Origin: Thermoanaerobaculia bacterium
Lineage (GTDB): Bacteria; Acidobacteriota; Thermoanaerobaculia; Gp7-AA8
DNA: 64,000 nucleotides
Direction of reading: 5' to 3'
Assembly (NCBI GenBank): GCA_035546335.1
Contig: DATKDP010000016.1
Span: 135,380 to 199,379 of the forward strand
Below the pieces are notes generated by a model that saw only the letters and a program-made list of their open reading frames with translations, had not been told where the DNA came from and made no database searches. Numbering within the stretch: the first letter of the stretch is position 1; each line of letters opens with the position of its first letter. Position numbers and translations under genes: made by a program. Of this stretch, positions 34,070 to 42,713 are shown piece after piece.

Positions 34070-36913
34070 ATGCGCGAAGAGATTCTCGTGGTCGAGTACG
34101 AGCCGCGGTATACGGAGCGGGTCAAGCAGGCCCTGTCGGGTCAGCAGCTTTCGCCCTTGTTCGCGAAGGACGGCGAGGAAGCCATGCTCGCACTCGAGAG
34201 CGGTCACCCGCGCCTGATCGTTCTCTCCTCGGTCGTTCCCCGCGTGAGCACCACGGAACTGATCCGGCGCATCCGAAGTCACTCGCTTCACCGCGACACG
34301 CCGATTCTTCTCACCATGTCGGGATACACAGGGCAATCTCCGAGCTCCGATGCCGCGCGGATCGGCGCATCCGACATTCTCGCAAAGCCGTACTCGGAGG
34401 TCGAATTCCTGGCAAAAGTCAGGACGATCCTCGGGCTCCCAGGCGCGGCCGCTCCGGCGGACGAGCCTGAGACGTTGATCATTCCATCCCCTCTGCGCGC
34501 GGCTCGGGCGCCGCAGCCGGACGAGGGGGACGCGACGCTCACCTCCGGCGACATTTTCGGCGAGGTTCTGGCCGACCAGAAGACGGTTCCACAGCCTTCG
34601 CGAAGGGCGTCGGCAAGAATGTCGAGCGACGATCTCGACAAGATGCTCGCCGACACGCTTTCCGGGGTCCGTCCCACGCCGGCGCGGAGAAAGCCGGCGG
34701 AAGCATCATCGCCGGAACCGAAACCGGAACCGAAGTCGAGGGGAGGGATGAGCGACATCGACCGGTTGCTCGAGGATACCCTTTCGGGACTGGAGAAGAC
34801 GGTTCGAATGAAGGTGCCCTCGGTCGAGCCGCCCGCAGCAGCGCAGTCGGCCGCACCTCCGCCAGCGGCCGCACCCCGTTCCACCGCGGTTCCACCTCCC
34901 GCCCCTCCGCCGTTCGAGCCATCGACTGCCGGGAAGGTCTCGATCTCGTCGCCGGTGCTGCCGCCGGAGCATGCCGAGCCGCTCATGGAGAAGGAAGACA
35001 CCGCGGCCGAGAGCGATGGAGCTCGTTTCGGGCAGTACGTGCTCCTCGATCGGATCGCGACGGGCGGCATGGCCGAGGTGTGGAAGGCCCGGATGCGCGG
35101 AGTCGAAGGATTCCAGAAGATCGTCGCCATCAAGAAGATCCTTCCGCACCTTTCGGACAACGAAGAATTCGTGACGATGTTCGTCGACGAGGCGAAGCTC
35201 GCCGCACAGTTGAACCACAACAACATCATTCACATCTATGACCTCGGCCGCATCGCGAGCTCCTACTACATCGCGATGGAATACATCGACGGTCATGATC
35301 TGAAAACGATCCTGAAGAAGGGGGAGGAGCGCGGGCTGCCGATTCCGCTCGAGCTCGCGATCTTCATCGCATCGAAAGTCGCGGCGGCGCTCGACTATGC
35401 ACATCGCCGGCGCGATTTCAACGAGAAGGAGCTGGAGCTCGTTCATCGCGACGTCTCGCCGCAGAACGTTTTGATCTCTCACGAGGGCGACATCAAGCTG
35501 TGCGATTTCGGCATCGCCAAAGCCGCCTCGAAGGCCTCTCACACCCACGCAGGCTCGTTGAAAGGGAAGCTGCAGTACATGTCTCCGGAGCAGGCGTGGG
35601 GCCGGCGCATCGATCGCCGTTCCGATCTGTTCGCACTCGCCACGGTCCTGTTCGAGATGCTGGCGGGAAGAAAACTTTTCAGCGGCGAGAACGAGCTCTC
35701 CATTCTCGACGAAGTGCGCGAAGCTCGCGTCGTCGCTCCCTCGTCGATCAACGACGAGGTGCCGCCGTCGGTCGATGCCATCGTTCTCAAGGCGCTGGAG
35801 AAGGAGCCCGACAATCGCTACCAGTCCGCAGGAGAGATGGCGCGCGATCTCGATGCGGTGCTCTACGGCTTCCGTCCGACACCGACCAGCGCCGATCTCG
35901 CAATCTACATGCATCGTCTCTACAGTGCGGAAGCGGCGCACTTCGCGCCGGTCTCTCCTCTTCCGGCGCCGTTCGAGGATCAGGACGACGGGGCTTTCTC
36001 GATCGAGCCCGCCACGGTCATCCAGCGTCCAAGGCCCGCAATTCCTCACCCGGCCGTGTCAGAGCAGACGATCGAAGAGCCGTTCGCCATCGCGCCGCCC
36101 CAACCGGCGAAAAAGAAACGTTCTCTCGCGCTCGTCGCCGTCGCGCTCGTCGTCGTGGCGGGCCTCGCCACCGGAGGATACCTCGTCATGCGACCGAGCG
36201 AGCCGGCAGCGCAGCAGACTGTGGCGCCGCGTGTCGCCGCTGCGGCTCCTGCTGCTGCTCCCTCCGCCGCCTCCGACACTTCGGCAGCGCCCATGGACGT
36301 CATGGACCCGGCCGTTGCACCCCTCCCCCAGGTCGGATCGGCACTCCCGCCGACCGATCAGGCGCGAGTCGATGAAGAGGTTCGCCGCCGCCTCGATGCG
36401 GAGCGCCAGCGACTCGAACAGCAGAAGACCCAGATTCTCACAGCCGATCGAGCGCGGCAGCAGCAGGCCGCGCCCCCCGAAACCGTGGCGGCTGCGGTTC
36501 CATCCGTAGTCCCGAGTGCGACGACGAGAGAGCCCGAGCCTCCACCTCCGGCGGTTTCGACCGCGCAGCAGGCAGCGGCGGTACCGCCGCCCTCGGAGCC
36601 GGCGCGAACGACGGTGCGTGAGGGAGAGTTGGTCGAGCAGGGAACCGAAGGACTGCTGCCACCGGAGGTCATCGAACAATTCAGGCCTCCCTATCCCCCT
36701 CTGGCCCGTTCGCAAAGGGTCGAGGGCGTGGTGATCGTTTCGGCATTGATCTCCGAAACGGGTCAGGTTCTCGAGACGCGCATTCTGCGAGGGATACCCC
36801 TATTGAATGATGCGGCGCTCCAGGCGGTGCGCCGATCGAAGTTCCGTCCCGGCACGAAAGATGGCGTCCGTGTGAAAGCCTACAAGACGATGACCGTTCC
36901 ATTTAGACTGTAG
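34070..36913 (+). CDS. Multidomain signalling protein: pseudo-receiver (REC-like), Pro/Ala-rich linker, Ser/Thr protein kinase-like domain, TM helix, Pro-rich periplasmic linker, C-terminal TonB_C domain
   Basis: REC-like fold with D-to-S at the phospho-acceptor (LIVLSSVVP) and EY instead of DD. Kinase motifs GGMAEVW, VAIKK, HRDVSPQN, DFG, SPEQ. TM ALVAVALVVVAGLATGGYLV. TonB_C motif PPYPPLARSQRVEGVVIVSALISETGQVLETRILRGIPLLNDAALQAVRRSKFRPG. First ATG at 34070; the track's 34049 is a TTG. Confidence 0.75.
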   Translation: MREEILVVEYEPRYTERVKQALSGQQLSPLFAKDGEEAMLALESGHPRLIVLSSVVPRVSTTELIRRIRSHSLHRDTPILLTMSGYTGQSPSSDAARIGASDILAKPYSEVEFLAKVRTILGLPGAAAPADEPETLIIPSPLRAARAPQPDEGDATLTSGDIFGEVLADQKTVPQPSRRASARMSSDDLDKMLADTLSGVRPTPARRKPAEASSPEPKPEPKSRGGMSDIDRLLEDTLSGLEKTVRMKVPSVEPPAAAQSAAPPPAAAPRSTAVPPPAPPPFEPSTAGKVSISSPVLPPEHAEPLMEKEDTAAESDGARFGQYVLLDRIATGGMAEVWKARMRGVEGFQKIVAIKKILPHLSDNEEFVTMFVDEAKLAAQLNHNNIIHIYDLGRIASSYYIAMEYIDGHDLKTILKKGEERGLPIPLELAIFIASKVAAALDYAHRRRDFNEKELELVHRDVSPQNVLISHEGDIKLCDFGIAKAASKASHTHAGSLKGKLQYMSPEQAWGRRIDRRSDLFALATVLFEMLAGRKLFSGENELSILDEVREARVVAPSSINDEVPPSVDAIVLKALEKEPDNRYQSAGEMARDLDAVLYGFRPTPTSADLAIYMHRLYSAEAAHFAPVSPLPAPFEDQDDGAFSIEPATVIQRPRPAIPHPAVSEQTIEEPFAIAPPQPAKKKRSLALVAVALVVVAGLATGGYLVMRPSEPAAQQTVAPRVAAAAPAAAPSAASDTSAAPMDVMDPAVAPLPQVGSALPPTDQARVDEEVRRRLDAERQRLEQQKTQILTADRARQQQAAPPETVAAAVPSVVPSATTREPEPPPPAVSTAQQAAAVPPPSEPARTTVREGELVEQGTEGLLPPEVIEQFRPPYPPLARSQRVEGVVIVSALISETGQVLETRILRGIPLLNDAALQAVRRSKFRPGTKDGVRVKAYKTMTVPFRL

Positions 36914-36917
36914 CTCC

Positions 36918-36957
36918 CAGAATCGCAGAATCGCAGAATCGCAGAATCGCAGAATCG
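36918..36957. repeat. Perfect microsatellite (CAGAATCG)x5
   Basis: cagaatcg repeated five times head-to-tail between the kinase stop (36913) and the RBS/ATG of the next small ORF (36978). Confidence 0.9.
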
Positions 36958-36977
36958 CGAAAGCGGAGGTCAGACAC

Positions 36978-37205
36978 ATGCCGATTCTTACCGACCAGCA
37001 GCGCAAATTCTATGAAACAACCCTGCAGGTGACGAGGCAGGAGATCGGCGATCTGAAGGATCAGATCGAAGAGGAGCTGGCGAAGGTCAAGGATCGTATT
37101 GCGGAATTGCAGAATGCGATCAACGCCTCCAAACAGATGTACGAGGCGGCATGCAATCGTCTCGGCATCCCCAACGATCTCGATGACGAGGGTGAAGGCT
37201 CCTGA
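36978..37205 (+). CDS. Small coiled-coil protein (75 aa), hypothetical
   Basis: GGAGG 8 nt upstream of the ATG. Heptad-like QEIGDLKDQIEEELAKVKDRIAELQNAI. Ends 7 nt before btuF-like gene. Confidence 0.4.
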   Translation: MPILTDQQRKFYETTLQVTRQEIGDLKDQIEEELAKVKDRIAELQNAINASKQMYEAACNRLGIPNDLDDEGEGS

Positions 37206-37211
37206 CGCCTG

Positions 37212-38111
37212 ATGGCGAAGCGTTCACGACCACTCCTCCATTTCGCGTCGCTGTTTCTGCTCGTCTCCGCCTGTGACCGGCCGGGGGGGCTCGTCACTGA
37301 CGACCTCGGGCGCCGGCTCGCGATCCCGCAGCGCATCGATCGCATCGTCACCCTCGCCCCCAACGTCACGGAGATCGTCGCTTTTGTCGACAAGCAGCAT
37401 CTTCTCGTCGGCGCGGACACCTTTTCGAATTTTCCGCCGGAGATCCGCTCGTTGCCGAAAGTCGGCGGAGTATCGCCCAGCGTCGAGCGCATCGTCGAGC
37501 TGCGGCCCGATCTCGTGCTCGCATCGTCGAGCGTCGATCCTGCGGCGCTCGGCAGAGCTCTGGAGTCGGCCGGAATCCCTCTGTTCGCCGTGAGAACCGA
37601 CCGCCTCGCCGACATCTCGCGTGCGATCGATCGCGTCGAAGATCTTCTCGGTACTTCGAAAGGTGAGCACAGCAGACGGCTCACCAGGGCGATCGAGAGC
37701 GAGAGAAGAAGCCGGCCACGCCCTCCGATGATTCTCTTTCTGGCATCGGTGAATCCGCTCTATGTGGCGGGAAGAGCGACCTACATCGACGATCTGATCA
37801 CCTTGACCGGCGGAGCCAATGCCGTTGCCGCTCACGTGACGGGGTGGCCCCAATACTCTCTCGAAGCGCTGATCGCGAGCCAGCCGGAAATCATTCTTCA
37901 CCCTGCGTCACTTCTTTCCGGGGACGAGCGCGAGCGGCTGTTGCAGGCCGATCCGCGCTGGCGCGAGCTCGAAGCGGTACGCCTCGGTTCCTGGTTCGCC
38001 GTGGACGATGACATCTTCACCCGACCCGGCCCCCGCGTCGCGGCCGCTGCCGGGCAGTTGAATGGCATCCTCGATCGATGGGAAGCTGGACAATCAGACC
38101 GGTCTCGTTGA
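37212..38111 (+). CDS. ABC transporter periplasmic substrate-binding lipoprotein (BtuF / Fe-siderophore class)
   Basis: Lipobox LLVSAC. Class III SBP pattern (RIVTLAPNVTEIV ... LRPDLVLAS). Confidence 0.7.
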   Translation: MAKRSRPLLHFASLFLLVSACDRPGGLVTDDLGRRLAIPQRIDRIVTLAPNVTEIVAFVDKQHLLVGADTFSNFPPEIRSLPKVGGVSPSVERIVELRPDLVLASSSVDPAALGRALESAGIPLFAVRTDRLADISRAIDRVEDLLGTSKGEHSRRLTRAIESERRSRPRPPMILFLASVNPLYVAGRATYIDDLITLTGGANAVAAHVTGWPQYSLEALIASQPEIILHPASLLSGDERERLLQADPRWRELEAVRLGSWFAVDDDIFTRPGPRVAAAAGQLNGILDRWEAGQSDRSR

Positions 38112-39073
38112 GTCGCGAGACGGTCATCGGTGCACTCGTGCTCGGCGGCATTCTGCTGGGCGTGATGATTCTCTCGATGTTCTTCGGAGCCGTCGATCTC
38201 GGTCCGCGCGCCGTCTGGTCGGGCGATCACGTGGCGCGAACCATCCTGCTGCAGATCCGCCTGCCACGCGTTCTGCTCGCGGCACTGGTCGGAGCGATTC
38301 TCGCCGGAGCAGGCGCCACCTTCCAGACGATGCTTCGGAATCCTCTCGCCGATCCATTCATTCTCGGTGTCTCGGGCGGGGCCGCATGCGGTGCTGCGAT
38401 CGCCAGCGCCTTCCGGCTGGCCCGCTATCCGGGCGTTGTTCCGGCTTTCGCATTCGCGGGCGCCTGCCTGGCGATCGCGGTCGTTCTCGCCCTTTCCAGA
38501 CGTCACGGCACCTCGGATCCGGTGCGACTCCTGCTGGCCGGTCTCGTGCTCAATGCCTTCTTCTCGGCGCTGATCCTGCTGGCGCTGGCGCTCACTGCGG
38601 GGAGCGATCTGACCTCCGCGCTGCGGTGGATGATGGGAAGTCTCGCCGGAGCCGTATGGACCGACGTCCGGCTCCTCTCGATTGCCTTCGTCGTTTCCTT
38701 CGCGCTGCTGGTGACGGTGGCTGGCGATCTTCGCATGCTCGATTTCGGCGAGGACGACGCGCGCTCTCGGGGAGTCCCCCTCGAGCGAGTGCGCCTCACC
38801 GCGTTCCTCGCGGCCTCGCTCGCGACCGGAGCGGCGGTCGCGGTGAGCGGGATCATCGGGTTCGTCGGGCTTCTCGTACCGCACGCCATCCGGCTGGTGC
38901 TGCCGCGAGACTATCGTCTTCTTCTGCCTCTCTCGGTGCTGGGGGGCGCGACGCTGCTGGTCGCTTCGGATACTCTGGCGCGCGTGATGGTCGCGCCGGC
39001 AGAGCTGCCGATCGGTGCGGTCACGGCATTTCTCGGAGTGCCGTTTTTCCTGATTCTTCTTCGCAGGTCATGA
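38078..39073 (+). CDS. ABC transporter permease, FecCD/BtuC family
   Basis: Ten predicted TM segments. FecCD signature region LAGLVLNAFFSALI ... GIIGFVGLLVPH. A start at TTG 38108 is also possible. Confidence 0.8.
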   Translation: MGSWTIRPVSLSRETVIGALVLGGILLGVMILSMFFGAVDLGPRAVWSGDHVARTILLQIRLPRVLLAALVGAILAGAGATFQTMLRNPLADPFILGVSGGAACGAAIASAFRLARYPGVVPAFAFAGACLAIAVVLALSRRHGTSDPVRLLLAGLVLNAFFSALILLALALTAGSDLTSALRWMMGSLAGAVWTDVRLLSIAFVVSFALLVTVAGDLRMLDFGEDDARSRGVPLERVRLTAFLAASLATGAAVAVSGIIGFVGLLVPHAIRLVLPRDYRLLLPLSVLGGATLLVASDTLARVMVAPAELPIGAVTAFLGVPFFLILLRRS

Positions 39074-39870
39074 GTCTGATCGAGCTCGACGCGGTCGACT
39101 TTCACTATCGGGATGGCGTTTCCGCCGTTCGCGGGCTGAGTTCGCGGTTCGATGAAGGGGAGCTCGTCGCCATCATCGGGCCGAATGGTGCGGGAAAGTC
39201 GACCCTTCTCAAGCTGATTGCACGCGTCATCGCCCCCCAGGGGGGCGAGATCCGTTTCCGGGGGATCAGGATCGGGGAGATTGCTCCACGGGCGTATGCG
39301 CGGGAGGTTGGGTATCTGCCGCAGGAGCAGGAGAGCGTGTTCCCGATGAGGGCGCTCGAAGTGGTGGCGAGTGGCCGTGCTCCCTTTCTCCGGCGGTTCC
39401 AATGGGAATCGGAAGGCGATTACGAGCTGGCGCGCAGAGCGCTCGCCGATTGCGATGCTCTCCATCTCGCCGATCGATATCTCGACGAGATGAGCGGAGG
39501 AGAGCGGAAACGGATCTTCCTCGCGCGCGTTCTCTGCGGCGATCCGAAGCTCATTCTGCTCGACGAGCCGCTGACGGCGCTCGACGTTTCCCATACGCAG
39601 ACGTTCATCTCGCTGATTCGCCGGATCGTCGATCAGACGGGGAAGGCAGTGCTCTTCGTCTCGCACGACTTGAACTGGAGCGCGGCCTACGCCGACCGGA
39701 TGATGGTGATGAATGCGGGCTCGGTCGTCCTCGATGCCGGCCCGGCGGAGGTGATGCAGCCCGAGGTCATGAAACGCCATTTCGGATTCGATGCGCTGGC
39801 GGTTCGATCGGATGGGGAAGGGGGCGTGGCGTGGATCGTGCCCGACGCCGGGCGCCATAAACCTCGATGA
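39070..39870 (+). CDS. ABC transporter ATP-binding protein (BtuD/FecE-like)
   Basis: Walker A GPNGAGKST. ABC signature LSGGERKR. Walker B ILLLDEP. H-loop SHD. ATG overlaps the permease stop. Confidence 0.85.
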   Translation: MSLIELDAVDFHYRDGVSAVRGLSSRFDEGELVAIIGPNGAGKSTLLKLIARVIAPQGGEIRFRGIRIGEIAPRAYAREVGYLPQEQESVFPMRALEVVASGRAPFLRRFQWESEGDYELARRALADCDALHLADRYLDEMSGGERKRIFLARVLCGDPKLILLDEPLTALDVSHTQTFISLIRRIVDQTGKAVLFVSHDLNWSAAYADRMMVMNAGSVVLDAGPAEVMQPEVMKRHFGFDALAVRSDGEGGVAWIVPDAGRHKPR

Positions 39871-39964
39871 CCCTTTGTTATACTCGGCGCCGATCGCAGT
39901 CGGACGCCCGTTCGGACGGGTTCCCGGCGTCCAATCCGGCGTGCCCGTCACGATTCGACCGACC

Positions 39965-42139
39965 ATGATTCGCTTCGAAGACATACTCGACAGGGTCGAG
40001 AGCTTCAAGCCCGACTTCGACGAGGAGCTGCTGCAGAAGGCCTACATCTTCTCCGCACTCGAGCATCGGGGGCAGGTCCGTCGCTCGGGAGAGCCCTATC
40101 TCGTCCATCCTCTCAACGTCGCCTGGATCCTCGCCGACATGCGACTCGACGAGACGTCGATTGCGGTCGGGCTCCTCCACGACGTGCTGGAAGACACGCT
40201 GACCACCAAAGAGAAGCTCCAGGAGCTTTTCGGCGACGAGATCGCCGAGCTGGTCGATGGTCTCACCAAGATCTCGCGCTACTCCTACGTCTCCCGAGAG
40301 CAGGAGCAGGCCGAGACGTTCCGCAAGATGATCCTGGCGATGGCGTCCGATCTTCGCGTCGTTCTGGTCAAGCTCGCCGACCGCCTCCACAACATGCGCA
40401 CGCTGGAGTTTCTCCCGGCGGACAAGCGCGCGAACATCGCCAAGGAGACGATGGAGATCTACGCGCCGATCGCCAACCGGCTCGGGATGGGGATGCTCAA
40501 GAACGAGCTGGAGGATCTGTCGTTCCGGCATCTGATGCCGCGCGAGTACGAGGATCTTTCCTCGGCGGTGAAAGCGAAGATGACCGTGTCGGCGGACATC
40601 GTCGAGCGCATCCGGAAAACCATCGCCGGAAAAATGACCGAGAGCGGCATCCAGGTCGACGTGGGCGGGCGGGTCAAATCGATGCATTCGATCTACCAGA
40701 AGCTACGCCGCCAGGGCATCGACATCGGACAGCTCTATGACTACCTCGCGTTCCGCCTCATCACCCAGGACGTCAAGGACTGCTATGCGGCCCTCGGCAT
40801 CATTCACCAGACATGGCGCCCGGTCCCCGGGCGGATCAAGGACTACGTCGCCATGCCCAAGCCGAATTTCTATCAGTCGCTGCACACGACGGTCGTTGCG
40901 GAGAAGGGCCAGCCGTTCGAGGTGCAGATTCGTACGCGCGAGATGGATCTGGTGGCCGAGCAGGGGATCGCCGCCCACTGGAAGTACAAGGAAGGCCGCC
41001 TCGGTGCTTCGGCCGATGATGCGAGCTTTCTCTGGCTCCGCCAGCTGGTGGAGTGGCAGAACGACATCAAGGATCCGCGCGTCTTCATGAACTCGCTCAA
41101 GATCGATCTCTATCCCGACGAGGTCTACACCTTCACGCCGAAGGGAGATGTGTTCGCCTTCCCCCGGGGGGCGACCCCCCTCGACTTCGCCTACAGGGTC
41201 CATACCGACGTCGGGAACCGCTGCGTCGGCGCCCGCGTCAACGGCAAGCTCGTGCCGCTCCGCACGACGATCAGAAACGGCGACATCGTCGAGATTCTGA
41301 CCGGGCCGAACCAGACACCCAGCAGAGAATGGATCAACCTGGTCGTCACCTCGCGCGCGCGGCACAAGATCCGTCACTGGCTCAACACCGAGCAGAAGCA
41401 CCGTTCCATCGAGCTGGGAAAGAAGCTGCTGGAGAAGGAGGCGAAGCGTTATCGCGTCAGCCTTCGAAAGCTGGTCGCCGAGAACGCCCTCGACGGCGTG
41501 CTCTCCGAATACGGACTCGCGAGAGTCGAGGATCTCTATGCCGACGTCGGCTACGGCAAGGTCTCGCCGAAGGCGATCATCGAGAGGTTCGTGCCGGACG
41601 GAAAGAAAGAGAAGCGCGAGCCCGACACGGAAGGGATGCTCCAGCAGGCCGTGCGCAGGATCTTCCCCTTCACCTCCGGGCAGACGATTCTGGTCAAAGG
41701 TCACAACGATCTGATGACGTATCTGGCGCGCTGCTGTAATCCGGTCCCGGGAGAGGACATCATCGGGTACGTCACCCGCGGAAAGGGAATCGCGGTCCAC
41801 AGCGCCAATTGCCCCAACGTGAAAAACCTCATGTTCAACCCCGATCGCGAGATCGAGGTGGCGTGGGATGATCAGCGGGGCTCGGAGTTTCGCATCGAGC
41901 TCGAGGTGGTCATGGAAGATCGCCAGGGCATTCTCGCGAAAGTCATCTCCTCGATCGCCAACCTGAAAACCAACATTCACCACATCGAATCACACACCTC
42001 CGCGGGGCGCGGCACGGTCGAGCTCATCGTGGAGGTCGCCGACCTCAAACATCTGGAGAAGGTGATCCGGTCGATCTCCGGCGTGCCGGGGGTGCTGAGC
42101 GTGGAGAGGAAATACAACATCCGCCATGCCACGGCATGA
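39965..42139 (+). CDS. Bifunctional (p)ppGpp synthetase/hydrolase RelA/SpoT
   Basis: HD hydrolase (HPLNVAWILADM ... LLHDVLEDT). Synthetase, TGS and ACT domains. Start taken at ATG 39965 (MIRFEDIL). Confidence 0.9.
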   Translation: MIRFEDILDRVESFKPDFDEELLQKAYIFSALEHRGQVRRSGEPYLVHPLNVAWILADMRLDETSIAVGLLHDVLEDTLTTKEKLQELFGDEIAELVDGLTKISRYSYVSREQEQAETFRKMILAMASDLRVVLVKLADRLHNMRTLEFLPADKRANIAKETMEIYAPIANRLGMGMLKNELEDLSFRHLMPREYEDLSSAVKAKMTVSADIVERIRKTIAGKMTESGIQVDVGGRVKSMHSIYQKLRRQGIDIGQLYDYLAFRLITQDVKDCYAALGIIHQTWRPVPGRIKDYVAMPKPNFYQSLHTTVVAEKGQPFEVQIRTREMDLVAEQGIAAHWKYKEGRLGASADDASFLWLRQLVEWQNDIKDPRVFMNSLKIDLYPDEVYTFTPKGDVFAFPRGATPLDFAYRVHTDVGNRCVGARVNGKLVPLRTTIRNGDIVEILTGPNQTPSREWINLVVTSRARHKIRHWLNTEQKHRSIELGKKLLEKEAKRYRVSLRKLVAENALDGVLSEYGLARVEDLYADVGYGKVSPKAIIERFVPDGKKEKREPDTEGMLQQAVRRIFPFTSGQTILVKGHNDLMTYLARCCNPVPGEDIIGYVTRGKGIAVHSANCPNVKNLMFNPDREIEVAWDDQRGSEFRIELEVVMEDRQGILAKVISSIANLKTNIHHIESHTSAGRGTVELIVEVADLKHLEKVIRSISGVPGVLSVERKYNIRHATA

Positions 42140-42221
42140 ATCCGGGAACCGGCGCCTTTCCCGAGCCCGAGCCCGGACCCGAGCCCGGACTTTGACTCTC
42201 GAATCAAAAAAGTTTGTAGCG

Positions 42222-42416
42222 TCAGCGGGCGGCTTTCCGGATCTTCCCGCTGCGGATGCAACGGGTGCAGACATTCATTCGTTGCACGGCGTTGCCGACC
42301 ATCACGCGGACGCGCTGGAGATTGGGCAGCCAGCGCCGGCTGCTGACGTTGTGGGCGTGGCTGACGCGGTTTCCGAATACCGGTTTTTTCCCGCAAACTT
42401 CACAGATTCTGGCCAT
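42222..42416 (-). CDS. rpmB: 50S ribosomal protein L28
   Basis: [23 protein letters not shown] ... full-length L28. GAGGAG RBS 9 nt upstream. Confidence 0.9.
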   Translation of the reverse strand: MARICEVCGKKPVFGNRVSHAHNVSSRRWLPNLQRVRVMVGNAVQRMNVCTRCIRSGKIRKAAR

Positions 42417-42611
42417 TTTCCTGCTCCTCGGCTGCGAAAAAGCGTCGAATTGTAACCACGATCACGCTTTTCCGCAATCGCAGTCCGTATCGTTCCATCT
42501 GCCTCGGCCCGGCTCCCGGTTTCGCCTGCGCTCGGATCGTGCTGTACAATGGGCGCAGCCGGATCGTTCCGAAGGAGCGTACTTCTTTTTTTGACTGAAA
42601 ATGTTGCAGAG

Positions 42612-42640
42612 TTGACAGCAACAATAAAACGGTGTAATTT
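42612..42640 (+). promoter_or_regulatory. Sigma70-like promoter candidate for pilM (TTGACA-N17-TAATTT) within an unusually AT-rich island
   Basis: TTGACA at 42612-42617. 17-nt spacer. TAATTT at 42635-42640. About 75 nt upstream of the pilM start. The local AT content contrasts sharply with the rest of the window. Confidence 0.3.
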
Positions 42641-42713
42641 CGCACCATCTTTCAAAATATGCCTTAAGTTGCGGAGCCATAAAGAGAAGTGAGTGCGATG
42701 GATGGGGTGAGCG

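Noticed and set aside
34706-36715. 447-aa and 218-aa minus-strand ORFs and several plus-strand out-of-frame ORFs over the kinase gene
   Set aside because: The Pro/Ala-rich linkers of the kinase create open antisense frames. No motifs.
37100-37211. Cobalamin riboswitch upstream of the BtuF-like gene
   Set aside because: The interval is occupied by a small protein-coding ORF that ends 7 nt before btuF. There is no room for a roughly 200-nt B12 element and no conserved B12-box was seen.
40703-41983. 426-aa minus-strand ORF antisense to relA/spoT
   Set aside because: Antisense artefact.
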